Positions 9,464 through 18,909 of a DNA stretch of 64,000 bases are shown in pieces. Location of the stretch: NCBI GenBank assembly GCA_018825785.1, contig JAHKAY010000020.1, positions 2,111-66,110 of the forward strand, read 5' to 3'. The notes under the pieces were generated by a model. The model worked only from the letters and a program-made list of their open reading frames with translations, searched no databases and was not told where the DNA came from. The stretch comes from Chloroflexota bacterium. GTDB taxonomy: Bacteria; Chloroflexota; Dehalococcoidia; JACVQG01; JAHKAY01. Made by a program: the position numbers and the translations under genes. Numbering within the stretch: the stretch's first letter is position 1; each line of letters starts with the position of its first letter.

Positions 9464-9814
9464 TTACTTCTTCCTCTCCCTCACCTGCTCCGCAATTACC
9501 TGGTGCAGCCTCTCTCTGTCCCTCGATACCGCTTCACCATCGTTGAAAGAGTCGGCCAGCACATCAAGCAGTGCGCGGCAATATTTGCTGCTACCGTCCC
9601 TGTCAGCAACGTAGACCACGCATTTCCCCTCGCGCCAGCGCTTGAGAAAACCGGCATCCATAAGTGCTTTCAGGCTTCTGGATACCTGGGACGGAGATAA
9701 GGGGAAGATCTCCTGCATTTCGCAGACACAGATGTCCTTTTCCAGGAGTAGCTTCAACATCCTGATCCTGTTCTCATCCGAGAGGGCCTTTGATACCCGT
9801 ACTAGTTCTCGCAT
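9464..9814 (-). CDS. arsR: ArsR-family regulator (second copy)
   Basis: ICVCEMQEI motif. Heads the arsR / AbrB-like / arsM operon. Confidence 0.8.
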   Translation of the reverse strand: MRELVRVSKALSDENRIRMLKLLLEKDICVCEMQEIFPLSPSQVSRSLKALMDAGFLKRWREGKCVVYVADRDGSSKYCRALLDVLADSFNDGEAVSRDRERLHQVIAEQVRERKK

Positions 9815-10025
9815 GTTGAGTCTGATTGCATTTTATCACAATCATGCATACCTTGCACCTGCCAAATACGGGGTATAAGGCTCTTGAATGCCCGGACGGT
9901 CATCCGCTCAAGGCATCTTATGCCTATGATACCCGTCGTGCGAAGACCACGGACGTTGGTCCAGCCGCTTACCGCCTCTCGCCGGGGTGGTGACGCCCCT
10001 ACGCGGAGTGCGTGTCTGCGCAATC

Positions 10026-10054
10026 TTGCAAATGACTCTCGGTTATGCTATAAT
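10026..10054 (+). promoter_or_regulatory. Sigma70-type promoter (TTGCAA-17-TATAAT)
   Basis: TTGCAA 10026-10031, 17-nt spacer, TATAAT 10049-10054, about 45 nt upstream of the lipoprotein start. Confidence 0.5.
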
Positions 10055-10098
10055 TCTAAACAGGATTGGGGGCAATTCGGCGAGGGAGGATAATAGGA

Positions 10099-11342
10099 TG
10101 TTGATTCCAGGGGAAGGCAGGAGCAGGGCAGCCCGGCCGGGCTGGCTTCTTATGAGCGTGCTGGCTTCACTTCTGTTGCTGGAGGCCTGTCTTGTGCCTG
10201 TAGCCACCCCGACGTCTTCGGTTACACCTGCTCCTACGAGCACTCCGGCATCGGCCGCCCTCCCCCCACCTGTTACCGTGGGCCTATCGGGTAAGATTAG
10301 CGGCCTGGGGTTCATGCTGGAGACCGTCCAGGTAGTCTCCTCCGACGGCCGGGCGAAGCTCACGCTGCCGAAGGGAGCGCTAGTCATGGATGACAACAGG
10401 CAGCCTGCCAAGTCTGTAACCTGCACCCCATTTCAGCCTCCGGAGTCCAAGGAGGGTCTGGTGGTGGGCCTGGGTTATGAATGGGCCACAGGCGAGGCCG
10501 CTGGTGAGCTAGGTCATCATGGAACGATAATGCCGGTGGCAACGGTCTCCATAACCTATGACCCGCCACCTGCTAACCCGAGAATCGACCTGAGCCGCCC
10601 TGACTTGCCATGCTGGTGGGAATCGGAAGGCATGTGGAAGGAGCGCGGGGCCATTCCTACTGTGGACCCGGTTAACCACATCATTACCTCGCCAATGGCA
10701 AACTTCATACCTGTAGTCGTAATCTTCTGGTACACAGACGTTAAGGTTCTCCCGGGTCCGGCCGACCGTCCGGCCCGAAGACGAGCCGTTACTGTTGACC
10801 TATCTGGTAAGATTGACAGCCGGGGGGCCCTGCTGGAGGCCGTCCAGGTAGTCTCCTCCGACGGCCAGGCGACGCTCACGTTGCCGAAGGGGGCAAAAGT
10901 CCTGGATGCCGGCGGCCAGCCCGCAGAGTCCATAACCTGCATCTCGTATGAGCCCCCGGAGTCGAAGGAAGGTGTGGTGGTCGGCCAGGCCTATTACTTC
11001 GGCGGGCTGGCCGCCGGGGGAACGATTAACCCGCCGGCAACGCTCACTATAACGTATGCCCCGCCACCTGCCGACCCGAGAATCGACCCGAGCAAGCCTG
11101 ACATAGCAGTCTGGTGGCCAGAGAAAAACCAGTGGGTCAAGAGTCCCTTCCCCGTTACCGTGGGCCAGGCCAGTCGCACCCTTACGTCGTTACAGGGGAA
11201 TTTCCTACCTGTCGCCGTCATCTTCTGGTACGTGGACACCACTCCTCCGGTTGGGACCTTTCTTACAGCTCCGCCAGCCGGTCAGCCACCTGCGTCGGCC
11301 TCAGGGAGGGATGTTCAAGAGCACATGCCACAAGGAGGGTAG
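10099..11342 (+). CDS. Secreted lipoprotein with two tandem copies of an uncharacterised ~190-aa domain
   Basis: RBS GAGGGAGG before ATG 10099. Lipobox-like LLLEAC. Internal repeat PPVTVGLSGKI...IFWYTD then RAVTVDLSGKI...IFWYVD. Confidence 0.6.
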
Positions 11343-11347
11343 ATGAG

Positions 11348-12001
11348 ATGAAAGGGAGATACTCAAAGCCTTTTAAGCTGGTAATGGCCCTGGCCCTGGT
11401 GGTGGGGCTGGTCCCCATCATGGCCACCCCAGCCCAGGCCTGCATCGCAATCGATATCTACCCCAGCTCAGGTCCGGTGGGCACCGAGGTCACCATTTTC
11501 TACTTCAATGCCCACCAACACGCCGGGGAAGTGGAATTGGGCCCTTTGAATGCCGGCGTACGTCCGAACAGCGTCACCTTTGGGGGCTTTCCTACGACCC
11601 ATAAAGTGGGGACGTATAAGGAGGGCGAATTCACCATTGTCGTCCCCGATGTGCCGCCGGAGGACTATTTGGTCAACGTTCCTAACGGTATCGGGACAAC
11701 CCACGACTTTGAGACCTTCACCGTGACGGAGGGCCCGGTAAAACGCAACCCTCACTGGGGCGTGGTCGGCCATATCCTGGCGCCGATTGACGGGAAGTAT
11801 GAGGAGGTGTGGGGCTTTGACCCCGCCACCCAGACCTGGGAGCTCTACGACCCGGCCTACGCTGCCATCAGCGACCTGATGGCCCTGGTGACGGGACACG
11901 GCTACTGGATCAAGGCCAGAGAGGATGTCACCATTCTCTGGGGGACTAATTACTACCTCCTGAGGAAGGGGTGGAACTTCATCATCTGGCTGGGGCCATA
12001 G
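11348..12001 (+). CDS. Secreted hypothetical protein
   Basis: ATG 11348 after RBS AGGAGGG. Signal peptide [31 protein letters not shown]. Confidence 0.55.
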   Translation: MKGRYSKPFKLVMALALVVGLVPIMATPAQACIAIDIYPSSGPVGTEVTIFYFNAHQHAGEVELGPLNAGVRPNSVTFGGFPTTHKVGTYKEGEFTIVVPDVPPEDYLVNVPNGIGTTHDFETFTVTEGPVKRNPHWGVVGHILAPIDGKYEEVWGFDPATQTWELYDPAYAAISDLMALVTGHGYWIKAREDVTILWGTNYYLLRKGWNFIIWLGP

Positions 12002-12018
12002 AGTCTGTGGCGTTGTCG

Positions 12019-13140
12019 ATGAATAGACTGGTCTATTTCGCGGTGCCAGTCCTTGTCCTCTCTTCCCTGCTATCGAGCTGTGTCGCAGGTATCCCTACCC
12101 CTACCCCCACTACCACCGCAGCCCTAACCCCGGTAGCCACACAGACCCCCACGCCAGGGATTATCCCTTCACCCACCGCAGCGCCCACACCCACACCTGC
12201 CCCCACCACTGCCCCAACACCCATGCCTACACCAACACTCATGCCTGCACCAACACCCACGCCTGCACCGACACCCACGCCTGCACCGACACCCACGCCA
12301 AGGCTCACACCTACCCCGGCTGGTGGCGGGCGCATCGCCTTCGACTCCAACCGGGATGGTAACTATGAAATCTACGTGATGAACGTCGATGGCTCCGGAC
12401 AGACCCGCCTGACCAACAACCCCGCCAATGAAGGAGTCCCGTCGTGGTCGCCCGGCGGCACCAGGATAGCCTTCCTGTCCAACCGGGATGGTAACTGGGA
12501 AATCTACGTGATGAACGTCGATGGCTCCGGACAGACCCGCCTGACCAACAACCCCGCCAATGAAGGAGCCCCGGCGTGGTCACCCGATGGCACCAGGATA
12601 GCCTTTGAGTCCAACCGGGACCTTAACTATGAAATCTATGTAATGAACGCCGATGGCACCGGGCACACCCGCCTGACCGACAACCACCCCACCCCTGACG
12701 GAGCCCCGGCGTGGTCACCCGATGGCACCAGGATAGCGTTTGTGCGCGACGAAGACTTCGGCCCCGAGCATGAAGGGAACGGTGAAATCTATGTGATGAA
12801 TGCCGATGGCAGCGGGGAGACCCGCCTGACCAACAACTATGCCAATGACGCAGCCCCGGCGTGGTCACCCGATGGCACAAGGATTGCCTTTGAGTCCAAC
12901 CGGGATGGGAACTGGGAAATCTACGTAATGAACGCCGATGGCACCGAGCAGACCAACCTTACCAGCAACCCCGCCGGCGACTGGTCCCCGGCGTGGTCGC
13001 CCGATGGCACAAGGATAGCCTTCGTGTCCAGCCGGGATGGCAACCTTGAAATCTATGTGATGAACGCCGATGGCACCGGCCAGACCCGTCTGACCAGCAA
13101 CCCCGCCCAGGACGAATACCCGGCGTGGTCCCGGCTGTGA
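12019..13140 (+). CDS. TolB-like PD40 beta-propeller lipoprotein with PT-rich linker
   Basis: About 8 repeats of [31 protein letters not shown]. Lipobox LLSSC. Alternative GTG start at 11971 has the stronger RBS. Confidence 0.65.
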   Translation: MNRLVYFAVPVLVLSSLLSSCVAGIPTPTPTTTAALTPVATQTPTPGIIPSPTAAPTPTPAPTTAPTPMPTPTLMPAPTPTPAPTPTPAPTPTPRLTPTPAGGGRIAFDSNRDGNYEIYVMNVDGSGQTRLTNNPANEGVPSWSPGGTRIAFLSNRDGNWEIYVMNVDGSGQTRLTNNPANEGAPAWSPDGTRIAFESNRDLNYEIYVMNADGTGHTRLTDNHPTPDGAPAWSPDGTRIAFVRDEDFGPEHEGNGEIYVMNADGSGETRLTNNYANDAAPAWSPDGTRIAFESNRDGNWEIYVMNADGTEQTNLTSNPAGDWSPAWSPDGTRIAFVSSRDGNLEIYVMNADGTGQTRLTSNPAQDEYPAWSRL

Positions 13141-13233
13141 GCCAGCGGCGCGGCGACAGCCGTTGAGGCTCCGTGCGGGAGGTGTTGCTGTGGCTGCCGA
13201 AATAGGAGTACACAACTCGGCTCACGAATACCT

Positions 13234-13917
13234 ATGCTGAGCAGAAGTAGAGAAGGCAAAATTGTGCCCGCCCGGTCTGTTTGGCTTCTTATCAGCGTGC
13301 TGGTTCCGCTTCTTCTACAGGCGGCCTGCATCGTGCCTGGGCCTACCCCCCCATATGCACCCACCTCAGCACCTGTGCCTTCCCCAACCCTGGTGCTCTT
13401 CCCACCTGTTACCGTGGACCTGGAGGGTAAGACTGACGCCAGCGGTGTCCTCTTGGAGGAGGTCGTAGTAGCCTCCTCTGATGGCCGGGCCCAGATGACG
13501 CTGAAAAAGGGAACCCTCGTCCTCGACGAGCAGGGGCAGCCCGCCAAGTCCATATCCTGCGTCCTATATGTGCCAGCAGAGTCCAGGGACGGAGTGGTAG
13601 TTGGGCTGGCCTATGAGTTCCGGTGGTTCCAGGGGGCATCGGAGGATTTCCAGGGGGCATCGGAGAAGGAGGAGCCGAAGATAGACCCGGCAGCGAAGAT
13701 CATCATCAAGTATGACCCACCGCCAGCCAACCCGTGGATAGACCCGAACAGGCCTGACGTAGCAGGCTGGTGGGCAGAGGGGGAAAAGTGGGTCAAGCGC
13801 CCCCTGACGCAGCCTTTGGACCTGACTACCCGCACCATTACCACATGGCAAGGAAAAGGCTGTCCTATTTTAGTCGTCATCTTCTGGTACCTGGATATTG
13901 TTCCCCCGATTTCCTGA
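13234..13917 (+). CDS. Lipoprotein paralog carrying one copy of the novel ~190-aa domain
   Basis: PPVTVDLEGKTD...VVIFWYLD matches the repeats in 10099-11342. Contains an internal GASEDFQGASE duplication. Confidence 0.6.
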   Translation: MLSRSREGKIVPARSVWLLISVLVPLLLQAACIVPGPTPPYAPTSAPVPSPTLVLFPPVTVDLEGKTDASGVLLEEVVVASSDGRAQMTLKKGTLVLDEQGQPAKSISCVLYVPAESRDGVVVGLAYEFRWFQGASEDFQGASEKEEPKIDPAAKIIIKYDPPPANPWIDPNRPDVAGWWAEGEKWVKRPLTQPLDLTTRTITTWQGKGCPILVVIFWYLDIVPPIS

Positions 13918-14113
13918 GGCTCTTGCTTTGTGTGCCTGGTCTGGTTTCTTGTTGAGGGCACCATCGAGCCTGGTCTAAGCCGGGTGCCTCCCTGAATGCC
14001 TTCTTTCCAGTGCTTTCAACAAGACTCCGTGTTCTCGCAGGCGCGCGTGACATTCGGGCGGAATGTGCAATCCCCATTGCCTGAATCGCAGGAACCCCGA
14101 GAAGCAGGGCCAT

Positions 14114-14140
14114 TGATAGTCAGTGAAGCGACGCTATAAT
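14114..14140 (+). promoter_or_regulatory. Candidate sigma70 promoter (TTGATA-15-TATAAT)
   Basis: TTGATA 14114-14119 and TATAAT 14135-14140, upstream of the small Cys-rich gene. Confidence 0.4.
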
Positions 14141-14189
14141 ATGTCTAACGGAAGTAGCCCAGCCAGGCGGATTGGGAGAGGGTGGAAAG

Positions 14190-14387
14190 ATGGCAAGGGA
14201 ATGTCAATTGGATGAGAACAAAGTGGCGTGCACCTGCACCTACGAGCCGTGCGACCGTAAGGGTATCTGTTGCGAATGTATGTTCTATCATCGCCAAAGG
14301 GGAGAAGTGCCCGGCTGTTTGTTTCCCTCCCAGGTTGAGAGAACCTATGACCGTTCAATAAGACGGTTCATTCTATCCCAAAGGTGA
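14190..14387 (+). CDS. Small Cys-rich protein (DUF6485-like, 65 aa)
   Basis: MARECQLDENKVACTCTYEPCDRKGICCECMFYHRQRGEVPGC. Start reset to ATG 14190 after GGAGAGGGTGG. Confidence 0.5.
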   Translation: MARECQLDENKVACTCTYEPCDRKGICCECMFYHRQRGEVPGCLFPSQVERTYDRSIRRFILSQR

Positions 14388-14401
14388 GAAGCTAGGAGAC
14401 A

Positions 14402-14605
14402 ATGAAGCGAAGCCAGGCGGATTTGGAGGAGGACGTGGATAAGAAGGAGACAGAGAAGCTAAAGAACCAGCGGAAGACCCGAAAGGGCAAGACGGGAGGC
14501 AAGAGTATGGAAAAGGATTTTTCCGGCGCCTTGAAGGAGGTTACGGAGCCGTTGAAGGAGCTCAGGGGGCTTTGGAAAGATTTGAAGCACGAGATAGGGA
14601 TTTGA
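14402..14605 (+). CDS. Small lysine/glutamate-rich protein (67 aa)
   Basis: Good RBS (GCTAGGAGAC-ATG). Its N-terminal K-rich part is paralogous to the tiny ORF at 14901-14975. Confidence 0.4.
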   Translation: MKRSQADLEEDVDKKETEKLKNQRKTRKGKTGGKSMEKDFSGALKEVTEPLKELRGLWKDLKHEIGI

Positions 14606-14661
14606 GCCGAGAAAGGAAGCATAGAGGGGTTCTTGAAGGGACCGAATGGGGGTAGATAAAA

Positions 14662-14895
14662 ATGCCTTATAGATGTTCCTGCGGGGCTGAATTCACGGAT
14701 GTGGCCGAATATGCCAAACACAAGCGTTCGCATCAGGAGCAAAAGCAAGCTCCCAAGGGAGTGGTCTGTCTGGGCTGTGGGAAACCCATTTCTACTCCTG
14801 AGAACTACAGTGGAATGGTTTCCTGCCCTTCTTGTCACAAGAGCATGAAGGTGGTGGTAGAAAAAGGGGAAGTGTTGACTGCCAGATTAGGGTAA
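14662..14895 (+). CDS. Zinc-finger protein (C2H2-like + CxxC...CxxC zinc ribbon)
   Basis: CSCGAEFTDVAEYAKHKRSH and CLGCG...CPSCH. Confidence 0.5.
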   Translation: MPYRCSCGAEFTDVAEYAKHKRSHQEQKQAPKGVVCLGCGKPISTPENYSGMVSCPSCHKSMKVVVEKGEVLTARLG

Positions 14896-15030
14896 AATGG
14901 AGGCAGATATGGACGAGAAGGAGGCCAAGAAGCCAAAGAAACAGCAGAAGAAGGGAAAAGGTAAGATAGGAAGCAACATATAGCCGAGCCGGGCGAATTT
15001 GGAGAGGGCGATGCGTCCAAGGGGACCGAA

Positions 15031-18000
15031 TTGACCGACAGCCAGACAAACTCATTGGCCGCGAGTCTTGCCCAAGACATTCGTAGCGTGGCTGACCACG
15101 CACAGACCGAGGAGGACTTGCGAATCGGCGTAGAGAAGCTCCTCGAACCTGCCCTACAACAGTTGGGCATTGAGGCCCATCCGCACTATGAGAGGCGCGT
15201 CCTGCGTACGACCCTGACAGCCCCTGGGCGGGCTGATGCACTCTACGGCCAGGCAGTTATTGAATACGAACCCCCTGGCAAACTCACCACCGCGAGAGGT
15301 CTGGCCTCCACACGCAGGCAACTTGAAGGCTATCTGCTAGGGCTAGCAGGGTCGGGTAGCCAGCGCGAGGTTGCCCTGCGTCGCATGGCCGGCATCGGCC
15401 TTGATGGCCGCAGCATCTTCTTTCTCCGCTACCGTGGCGATAAGCCCCCAGTAGAAGAAGCGGTGCCGAAGGCGCAGTCCACCCAACTGCCATTGTTAGT
15501 GGAGGAAGCCACCAAGGGCAGTTTTTCGCTTATCGGGCCGTACGCCGTCACTGAGGAAAGCATCAGCCATTTCTTGCTCCACCTGCGGGCATTGCGCCGC
15601 CGTCCTTTGGCCGCGGAAGACCTTGCCAAAGAGTTCGGCCCCGGGCCCGTAGACAATGTGGCGCATAAGATGGTCAACGCCCTCTACAACCGCCTGGAAG
15701 AATGCCTGACAGCGCCAGGGGATGCGTTTCCTCAGGTGAAGACGCTGTATGAGGAATGGAAGCGCATTTTTGGTATCGTCTACGGACAGGAGTTGGTGAA
15801 GGCCCGGCGCGATGCTAACGCCCTGGCACGGCTGTACCACGTCATGGAATCTACCGACCTTAAGCCACTACTTTTTGCAGTTCACACGTACTATGCATTG
15901 CTCATGAAGCTATTGGCAGCAGAGCTCCTTTCTTTGCAGCAGGGCGCACTCATGGCGTCCGTAGTGGAACAACTTCCGGCCTTACCTGGAGAACAACTCC
16001 GAGGCCATTTGGGAGAGCTCGAGAAGGGGTCGTGGTTCGAGTCCCAGGGCATCCGTAACCTCCTGGAGGCGGACTTCTTTGGCTGGTATGTCGGAGCTTG
16101 GAGTGCAGATATAGAGGAGGCCGTTCGCAGCTTCGCCAGGGCCCTGGCAGAGTATGAGCCGGCCACTGCTACCCTTAACCCAGAAGCTACCAGAGACCTA
16201 CTGAAGAAGCTGTACCAGTACTTGGTGCCCAGGGAGCTGCGCCACGACCTGGGCGAATACTACACGCCCGACTGGCTGGCCGAGCTGGTGCTTAACGATG
16301 TCGGCTATACCGGACAACCGACGGAGCGGCTGTTAGACCCCGCTTGCGGCTCGGGCACGTTCTTGGTGCTAGCCATCCATCGTGCTCTCGACGTCAAAGA
16401 CTCCCTGGCCTGGCGCACGCGCGAGCGTGAGTTGGTGGCTCAAATCCTGGAAAACGTCGTTGGCTTTGACCTAAACCCCCTAGCCGTCATCGCTGCCCGC
16501 ACCAACTATCTCCTCGCTCTGGGCTCTCTGGCCCGTCATCTGGCAGGTAAGGACATCCCTGTATATTTGTGCGACTCCATCCTAACGCCTCAAACCCAGC
16601 GGGCTCAGAAACGCCCTATCGAACACCAGAAGGATATCCCTGTCCCATCGGCCCAGAAAGAGTTCTGGGTCCCGGAGGAGCTGGTAGACAAGGGCCAGGT
16701 GGACGCGCTATGCCGTTTGTTGGAACAATGCGTAGCTGGCAATTACCAGACTGGGGAGTTCCTGGTCCTAGGACAGCGGGAGATGAAGTGGGAAGACCTG
16801 CTTACGGAACGCTCGCTTGCGGAACTTTACGATAAGGTGCGGCGGCTTAAAGAGGAGGGGCGGAACGGCCTCTGGGCCCGCATTATCAAGAACGCCTTTG
16901 CGCCTGTCTTCCGCTCAGCTACCCGTTTCGACTACGTAGTGGGAAACCCGCCGTGGGTGAACTGGGAGAGCCTGGCCGATGACTACCGGGCAGCGACCAG
17001 AGAGTTGTGGCAGAGGTACGGCCTGTTCTCCCTGAAAGGCCACGCCGCCCGCCTGGGCGGGGGAAAAAAGGACGTGGCCATGCTCATGCTGTACGCCGCA
17101 ATGGACAGCTATCTAAAGGACGGTGGCAAGCTGGGCTTCGTGATTACCCAGACGGTGTTCAAGACCAAGGGGGCGGGGGACGGCTTCCGTCGTTTCCGCC
17201 TGGGCGAGGAAGGGCCGCACCTGAAGGTGCTCTCAGCCCAAGACTTGGTAGAGCTTCAGCCCTTTGAAGGGGCTAGCAACCGCACGGCCACCGTCGTCCT
17301 CCAAAAAGGCGAATCTACCCAGTACCCTGTGCCCTACATTCTGTGGCAGAAGGCCAAGCCAGGCAGGATAGGGGTTGACTTCACCCTGCAGGGGGTATCG
17401 GAACGCACGCGCAGGACGTTGTTATCGGCCAGGCCCGTGGGCAGCGCACAGCCCACGTCGCCCTGGCTCACGGCCAGCCCAGCGGCTCTCCGAGCCCTGC
17501 GCAATGTCATTGGCCCATCGGCCTACCAAGCACGGGCTGGAGCTACTACCTGCGGTGCCGATGGGGTCTTTCTGTGCCACATTCTAGAGGCAAGCCCAGG
17601 CAATTTACTGAGGATTCAGAACGCCGCAGAAGAAGGCCGCAGGCAAGTGAGAAGAGTTATTCGTGAGGTGGAACCAGACTTGGTTTACCCTGTCGTGAGA
17701 GGCAAAGACATAGGCAGGTGGCATTGTGCCAGTGACACCTATGCAATCTTGCCGCAAGATGCCGACAGCCGAAAAGCATATGACGAAAAGTGGCTAAGCG
17801 TTGAATTGCCACTAACGTACGAGTATCTGACATTGTTCAAGGACGCTCTCGAAGCACGTCAAAGTAAGGTGTTGCCGCGTCCGCCGTTCTATGCGCTTTA
17901 TGGCTTTGGACGCTACCATCTCAAGCCTTTCAAAGTAGTGTGGGGACGCGTGGCAAACAGTGTGCAGGCATGCGTGACGCGGCCACACGACGTGCCCTGG

Positions 18001-18372
18001 CTTGGGGCTAAGGCAACGGTCCCTTTTGAAGCCATGGTCTGTGCTACTGATACAGATGACGAAGCTCACTACGTATGCGCGTGCCTAAATTGCTCTCTTT
18101 CCGACTTAGTAGTACGAGCCTATATTGCTGTTCACCCTGATACACATGTCTTAAAGAATACTGCAATCCCGAAGTTCGACCCCTCCAACGCTCTGCACCA
18201 GTCTCTGGCCGCTCACTCCCAGCGGGCCCACCAGCTTGCTGGCCAAGGCAAGACAGCGCAGGCGGAGTTGCGCCAGGTGGAGACGGAGATAGACCGCCTG
18301 GCAGCCCAACTCTGGGGCCTCTCCAAGGCAGAGCTAACGGAAATACAAAGGTCTCTAGCTGAAATAAGTTAG
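15031..18372 (+). CDS. Large gamma-class N6-adenine DNA methyltransferase, Type IIG RM / PglX-like (1113 aa)
   Basis: Motif I LLDPACGSGTFLV precedes motif IV VVGNPPWVNW. About 420-aa N-terminal domain and about 450-aa C-terminal region. TTG start with RBS AAGGGG. Confidence 0.75.
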   Translation: MTDSQTNSLAASLAQDIRSVADHAQTEEDLRIGVEKLLEPALQQLGIEAHPHYERRVLRTTLTAPGRADALYGQAVIEYEPPGKLTTARGLASTRRQLEGYLLGLAGSGSQREVALRRMAGIGLDGRSIFFLRYRGDKPPVEEAVPKAQSTQLPLLVEEATKGSFSLIGPYAVTEESISHFLLHLRALRRRPLAAEDLAKEFGPGPVDNVAHKMVNALYNRLEECLTAPGDAFPQVKTLYEEWKRIFGIVYGQELVKARRDANALARLYHVMESTDLKPLLFAVHTYYALLMKLLAAELLSLQQGALMASVVEQLPALPGEQLRGHLGELEKGSWFESQGIRNLLEADFFGWYVGAWSADIEEAVRSFARALAEYEPATATLNPEATRDLLKKLYQYLVPRELRHDLGEYYTPDWLAELVLNDVGYTGQPTERLLDPACGSGTFLVLAIHRALDVKDSLAWRTRERELVAQILENVVGFDLNPLAVIAARTNYLLALGSLARHLAGKDIPVYLCDSILTPQTQRAQKRPIEHQKDIPVPSAQKEFWVPEELVDKGQVDALCRLLEQCVAGNYQTGEFLVLGQREMKWEDLLTERSLAELYDKVRRLKEEGRNGLWARIIKNAFAPVFRSATRFDYVVGNPPWVNWESLADDYRAATRELWQRYGLFSLKGHAARLGGGKKDVAMLMLYAAMDSYLKDGGKLGFVITQTVFKTKGAGDGFRRFRLGEEGPHLKVLSAQDLVELQPFEGASNRTATVVLQKGESTQYPVPYILWQKAKPGRIGVDFTLQGVSERTRRTLLSARPVGSAQPTSPWLTASPAALRALRNVIGPSAYQARAGATTCGADGVFLCHILEASPGNLLRIQNAAEEGRRQVRRVIREVEPDLVYPVVRGKDIGRWHCASDTYAILPQDADSRKAYDEKWLSVELPLTYEYLTLFKDALEARQSKVLPRPPFYALYGFGRYHLKPFKVVWGRVANSVQACVTRPHDVPWLGAKATVPFEAMVCATDTDDEAHYVCACLNCSLSDLVVRAYIAVHPDTHVLKNTAIPKFDPSNALHQSLAAHSQRAHQLAGQGKTAQAELRQVETEIDRLAAQLWGLSKAELTEIQRSLAEIS

Positions 18373-18473
18373 CCCTGCCCCACCAGCCGAATCCCTTCTC
18401 AAGAGTGGTCCCGGCCCTTCAGGACACCACCGCTCCCTCCAATGCCAGCCCGAACCCGCGGCTGGGTTAGGTT

Positions 18474-18652
18474 GCCTCGCTGGTGGCAGGGGGATAGACG
18501 GGACCGCCCTGGCCGGGTTGGACAGAAGACCCAGAATCTCGTTTGCTACCGGGGCAGGTCTGGATGGCAGCCCGGCCCAGCCTAAGCCGCTTCCCGGCGG
18601 CGGCCCACCCTCGCTAGGTCTAGCCTCTGGAAGATAGGGGTATTTTTTCACC
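18474..18652 (+). repeat. Copy A of a ~180-nt bipartite interspersed repeat (module 2 well conserved)
   Basis: cagcccggcccagcctaagcc...aggtctagcctctggaagatagg...ttttttcac matches 32990-33073 at about 85% identity. Confidence 0.6.
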
Positions 18653-18733
18653 GGCCCGAGGTGTGTGTTGACGAAACCATGTTACCGTGATAACCTTATG
18701 AATAGGCGGGGAAGGAAAGGGGGTGGACTCTGT

Positions 18734-18907
18734 ATGGTGACTGCGTATGCCAAAGACGAGTCTCTCGCTACCTTCGTGGAGAAAGCCAAGGTTGAGAATC
18801 AAGAAGAACTTGACCAGCTTTCCGAGCTTCAAAGGATGCTAGAAGAGTTGAGAAGGGAAGCGGAACGTCCTCAGATTTATCAAATTAGCGTCAGGAGCAA
18901 CTGGTAG
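18734..18907 (+). CDS. Small coiled-coil protein (57 aa)
   Basis: Strong RBS GGAAAGGGGGTGG before ATG 18734. Its stop abuts the peptidase start. Confidence 0.35.
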   Translation: MVTAYAKDESLATFVEKAKVENQEELDQLSELQRMLEELRREAERPQIYQISVRSNW

Positions 18908-18909
18908 CT

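Noticed and set aside
15031-18372. Assignment of the large MTase to a BREX or DISARM system
   Set aside because: None of the obligate partner genes (pglZ, brxC, brxL, drmA/B/C) is present within 15 kb on either side.
18355-18651. 98-aa minus-strand ORF downstream of the MTase
   Set aside because: Pro/Gly-rich, no RBS, and it lies over repeat copy A. Called non-coding.
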